A stretch of DNA of 63,623 nt, counting the filler, from Octopus bimaculoides (lineage: Eukaryota): the NCBI RefSeq assembly GCF_001194135.2. It is 10 parts of 9 records of this genome, joined end to end, with 100 filler letters (N's around TTAATTAATTAA, not from the genome) between each part and the next. Parts side by side here need not be neighbours in the genome. Positions count along the whole stretch, not along the records: positions 55,996 to 60,198 come from NC_068986.1; positions 60,299 to 63,623 come from NC_068984.1; 8 more parts are not named here. One strand, given 5' to 3'. How positions within the stretch are numbered: position 1 is the first letter of the stretch; every line of letters begins with the position of its first letter. This document shows positions 59,451-63,623 of the stretch, piece after piece. The translations under genes were made by a program, and so were the position numbers. The notes under the pieces were generated by a model that saw only the letters and a program-made list of their open reading frames with translations, had not been told where the DNA came from and did not search any database.

Positions 59451-60080
59451 TCATGATGATGGTAGTAGTGATGATAGCAGTGGTGGTGGTAATGGTGGTG
59501 GTGGTGGTGGTGGTGGTGGTGGGTCATCGTCGTCATCGTCGAGATGGTGGTGGTGGAGGTGCTGGAGGACGGTTAGTGGACTAGTGCTGGTGCTGTTGAG
59601 AGTCTGAGGCTGTTTGTTCATTTACACCTAAATGCGATATATTCTGTTAATGCATCACATGGAAAACAGCAAATATCTTGAATCAAAATTTACTCAAGCT
59701 GCACCATTTCTGGGCCAGTATTATTTCTTTTAACGTCGTAGGTTTTCTTGTAATTGTTATCGATAATGGTGATGACGATGACCACGACTTCGATGACCAC
59801 CACTACCAAAACCGCAGCTAGAGTCACCACGACTACGGTTTCGAAGACTAAGATATTAAAGCCAACGACAACAAGTGTGGCGGTGGTGTTAATACTACTG
59901 ATGATGCTGAAGGAGGTGGTGACGATGGAAACAGTGATGACGGCGACTACGACGACGACAAGTGATAACTAATATTACAATGATAACGATCATGATGATG
60001 ATGATAATGGTAAGAATGATGATGACGATGAGTGATGATGATGGTAATGATCATCATCATCATTATCACCGTTGTTATCA
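59451..60080. repeat. (GGT)n/(GAT)n/(GAC)n low-complexity region
   Basis: Direct reading. Confidence 0.85.
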
Positions 60081-60298
60081 TCATCATGGTCATGATCTTG
60101 ACGACCGCACGTAAAGCCGAAAGATGTTAATAGGCACGGGTTTGATTTCTGTCATATATATACATACATACATAAATATGTACATACACAGGCATATANN
60201 NNNNNNNNNNNNNNNNNNNNNNNNNNNNNNNNNNNNNNNNNNTTAATTAATTAANNNNNNNNNNNNNNNNNNNNNNNNNNNNNNNNNNNNNNNNNNNN

Positions 60299-60351
<53 letters not shown>

Positions 60352-61339
60352 AGAATTAGATAGGTAGATGTACGTGTATGTATGCACGTATGTATGTATA
60401 TGTGTATGTATATATGTATGCATGCATTATACTAGAATACACATACACACACAGTCATATATTTATGGTTCTTGGTCAGAATTTCGAGTGATCGTTACTT
60501 GTAGATAAAGGCGTCGAGATCAAAATGGAGGATATGATTAAAGAATTATGCACGTGCCCTAAAATAAACCCCGCTATCTTTATGGGCGCTACACCAATAC
60601 GCACGTGCCTTTCTGCGTGTATGTGTGTATATACACGCATTATGTCGTTTCAATAACTTTCTACTTTCGTGGCGAACTAGTGATTGAAGTTCAAAGTTAC
60701 TGGTGCGCTTCGAATAGAAAGCTTTTTTAAAAAAAGCAAACTATGTTTCAAAGGTATTTCGAAGATTATTTAATAAATAAAACGCGGAAATCTATTCCAT
60801 GTATTGTATTGTTAATGATGCTTGTGTATAAACAAAATTAGAACGCGTTTTACAAGACGCTCAAGTATAATTATGGTTTTTTTTCTGAAGACTTGAAATA
60901 TATTTCAAGGGAAATTTTTTTTTTTTTTTCCGGTGGAAACACAGGTTTTTAAATAAATAGAAAGCGTTTACTTCCACCGCGGAGTATAAATTATAAGTGA
61001 GAAGAAAAAAAAACGGTATTACATTTATTCCATGTTTTGCAATTGTTTCAACGATGTGTGTAGGTGACAAAGAAAACATGTTTGTAGACGCGGAAGAGAA
61101 CAAAGGCTTCTGTATTATACTTTCATTCGGTTATGATTACATGGCTTTGGAGGTAATCCGGTAATATACGTTACATAATGGAAATAACTATATTAGTATT
61201 CATATTTACATACATTGTGTTTGATTCGTCAACCACACGTTGCTGAAACAAGTGTAAACCATGAAATAAATGTAGTACCAGATACTCTGTTCTTTACTTT
61301 TGTCTGTCTTTCTATCTATCTATGTATATATGTATATAC

Positions 61340-61373
<34 letters not shown>

Positions 61374-61383
61374 NNNNNNNNNN

Positions 61384-61424
<41 letters not shown>

Positions 61425-62225
61425 CATCTTTGTCTGTCTGTCTGTTTGCCCGTCCCTCCGTCCGTCCATCTATCCATCCATCCATCCATTCATCCATCCA
61501 TTTATCTAATCCACTTCCCCAACATCTTACTTTTTTTCTCCTTTCCCAACATCTTTAAAGAGATGTCATCTTCATCCAACTTAGTCAACCTTGTTTCTTA
61601 CAATATAAAACACTATCACTGCATATCAAGGAAATAATCTTACTATCCATCCTCCTTTTTTTTGGCCAAAACGCATTTAAAGTCCTCTATGTTGCCACAT
61701 ATATTACGGTTCCTTAATTAGTCACCCTCTGAGCTTTCCGTGCTTTAACAGACTTCACTTTGTTACAAGCATTTGGGTCGGGTCCGAATGCTGAGGATAA
61801 ATAGCGAAGGATTTGAAAAAACCAGAGTCGATTAAACTGCAAAAACGAATAATAAATTGAAGGCTAAGCCAGTTTATTCGTCTCTCCAAAACTTAAACAA
61901 GACCCACATTAGAATAGAAGTTTCACACCGTAGTGTTGCTGCTACTTATATACAGATTTAAGTTCGCATTAATAAGAAAGTCATCCACTGATTTTTGATT
62001 ACTCAGTCACTCGGTTTTCGCTGTCTCCAATCTTTGTCTTTTTTATCGCTTGTTTATAAGCCTCTACTCGGAAAGAATTAGTAGCACACCAGCTCCACCT
62101 GGGTATACGCAACGCGCCAAACTTACGTAATCTTTACTGTGTTGTTCCTAACCAGGCCTCGCACAATTCTTCCCAAAGACGTCAAACCTCACAGTCTCCT
62201 TTCTCTTCTTTCTCTCATAAACGAA

Positions 62226-62456
62226 CTGAAATTTGATCAACGAACCACGAGCAGATTATGCATGTGTATAATTGACAGGGAACTCATTCGATTAGCGGGC
62301 TGAAATTTGAATAACAAACCACGAGTAGATTGAGCATGCGTATAATTGTTCGGAGAGAATATACGAACGGTACGCTAGACGAACAAATTGTGTCGCTAAG
62401 GGTTTTTCTGAGGAAAATTATTCAATCAACAAGCTGAAATTTGAAGAACAAACCAC
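62226..62456 (+). repeat. Dispersed direct repeats of about 49 bp (62226-74, 62300-48, partial 62434-56)
   Basis: ctgaaatttga..aac.aaccacgag.agatt...catg.gtataattg. Confidence 0.8.
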
Positions 62457-62804
62457 TACGTACGCTTTTAAGGGCGCAAGAGAGCTGCACAAACGACTCG
62501 GTAATGTCCTTGCAGGCATTGCATTTTATGTAGGTTGCAAATTAGGTGTGTGTATGAGTACTTGCGCTTAACTGTAATTTTGAATTCTTTGACTTGATTG
62601 TGCGCAAAATTTCTTTCAAACATTTCGACAATATTAAGCGATAGATAAAATAGTTCGGAGGTTTCAATATGCTTGGGGAATTTCCCACATGATAATGTAC
62701 AACACCTGCTTTGAAATAAGAGGATTCATTTCCTTATTTAGGAAAGTATTGCTTTCTAAGGAAATAAAACTGGTAAATTTATTTGAAAGTATAACGTGAT
62801 AAAA

Positions 62805-63019
62805 TGCATGTATGTATGTGTATGTATGTATGTATGTATGTATGTATGTATGTATGTATGTATGTATATATATATGCATGCATGAATGTGTATATGTATG
62901 AATATATGTATGAGTATATGTATGAATAAGTGTACGTATGCATGTATGCATGCTTGTAGGTATGCATATATGTATGTATATATTTATATATAGATGTATG
63001 TATGTATATATATATATAA

Positions 63020-63075
<56 letters not shown>
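62805..63075. repeat. (TATG)n/(TA)n microsatellite field
   Basis: Direct reading. Confidence 0.95.
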
Positions 63076-63077
<2 letters not shown>

Positions 63078-63555
63078 CCTGGTATCGAAATTGGGTAACA
63101 GACTCTGCTTGCCTAGAGCACTACTTATTCCTCGTTGGCATTTGCCCAGACAGACATATGAATTACTAAAATGAAATTACTGACAAATCAACAGTCAAGA
63201 TTTAATTGGAAAACTTCAGCACATTTAGTTCGTTTGAAGTTCTCATCTACACCTTTTTGTAATTCTATGATGAAATTCGTTTAATTGTCATGATCGATAG
63301 GTTTCGTCAAACTTCATCAATATATGATCGATAAGTTTCGTCTCTTATCATCAACACATTGTAAGTATTTATAGAGAAAATACAATAATAAAACACGTAG
63401 GGAATTTTGGGAAGAATCAGACGCATTTATTTTAATCCCCATTCTCTGTATTGTATCAAATTTCCATTTTTCTCTTTGTATATTTGATAGTTTTATATTT
63501 CTTGATACACATGCACGCAGGCACACGCAAACACACACATAAATGCACAGAGAGT

Positions 63556-63623
<68 letters not shown>

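Noticed and set aside
59754-59972. Thr-rich mucin-like ORF
   Set aside because: Derived from (GAC)/(GAT)/(ACC) low-complexity repeats; no splice or domain support
8967-60254. Regularly recurring TTAATTAATTAA as a CRISPR-like or biological repeat
   Set aside because: Always centred in a fixed-length N run; an assembly linker
490-63538. Numerous ORFs of [16 protein letters not shown], poly-L/E/K or poly-X type
   Set aside because: Translations of microsatellites or N gaps, which lack stop codons by construction; no domain content

Overview
Eukaryotic, AT-rich, microsatellite-saturated DNA. The SINE families, the microsatellite load and the LINE types point to an octopus (coleoid cephalopod) genome; this is inferred, not proven. 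The window is a mosaic of ten assembly pieces joined by nine 100-nt linkers (44 N, TTAATTAATTAA, 44 N), with many further N gaps. I could not confidently identify any host protein-coding gene. Almost all ORFs in the track are microsatellite or N-gap read-throughs. The recognisable coding remnants are all transposon fossils: R4/Dong-type LINEs with a restriction-like endonuclease (RLE), CR1-like and RTE LINEs, a Penelope-like GIY-YIG endonuclease, and mariner, pogo and hAT transposases. There are three tRNA-headed SINE families (named A, B and C here) and several MITEs. The most notable observations are four. (1) A hammerhead ribozyme with a complete catalytic core at 18880-18975 (-), plus several decayed relatives, one directly behind the Penelope endonuclease. 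(2) A CR1-like LINE 3' end whose terminal stem-loop covaries with the tail of SINE family C, suggesting a LINE-SINE partner pair. (3) Tail-swapped, nested and template-switched SINE copies. (4) An R4/Dong LINE inserted in a (TAA)n array.
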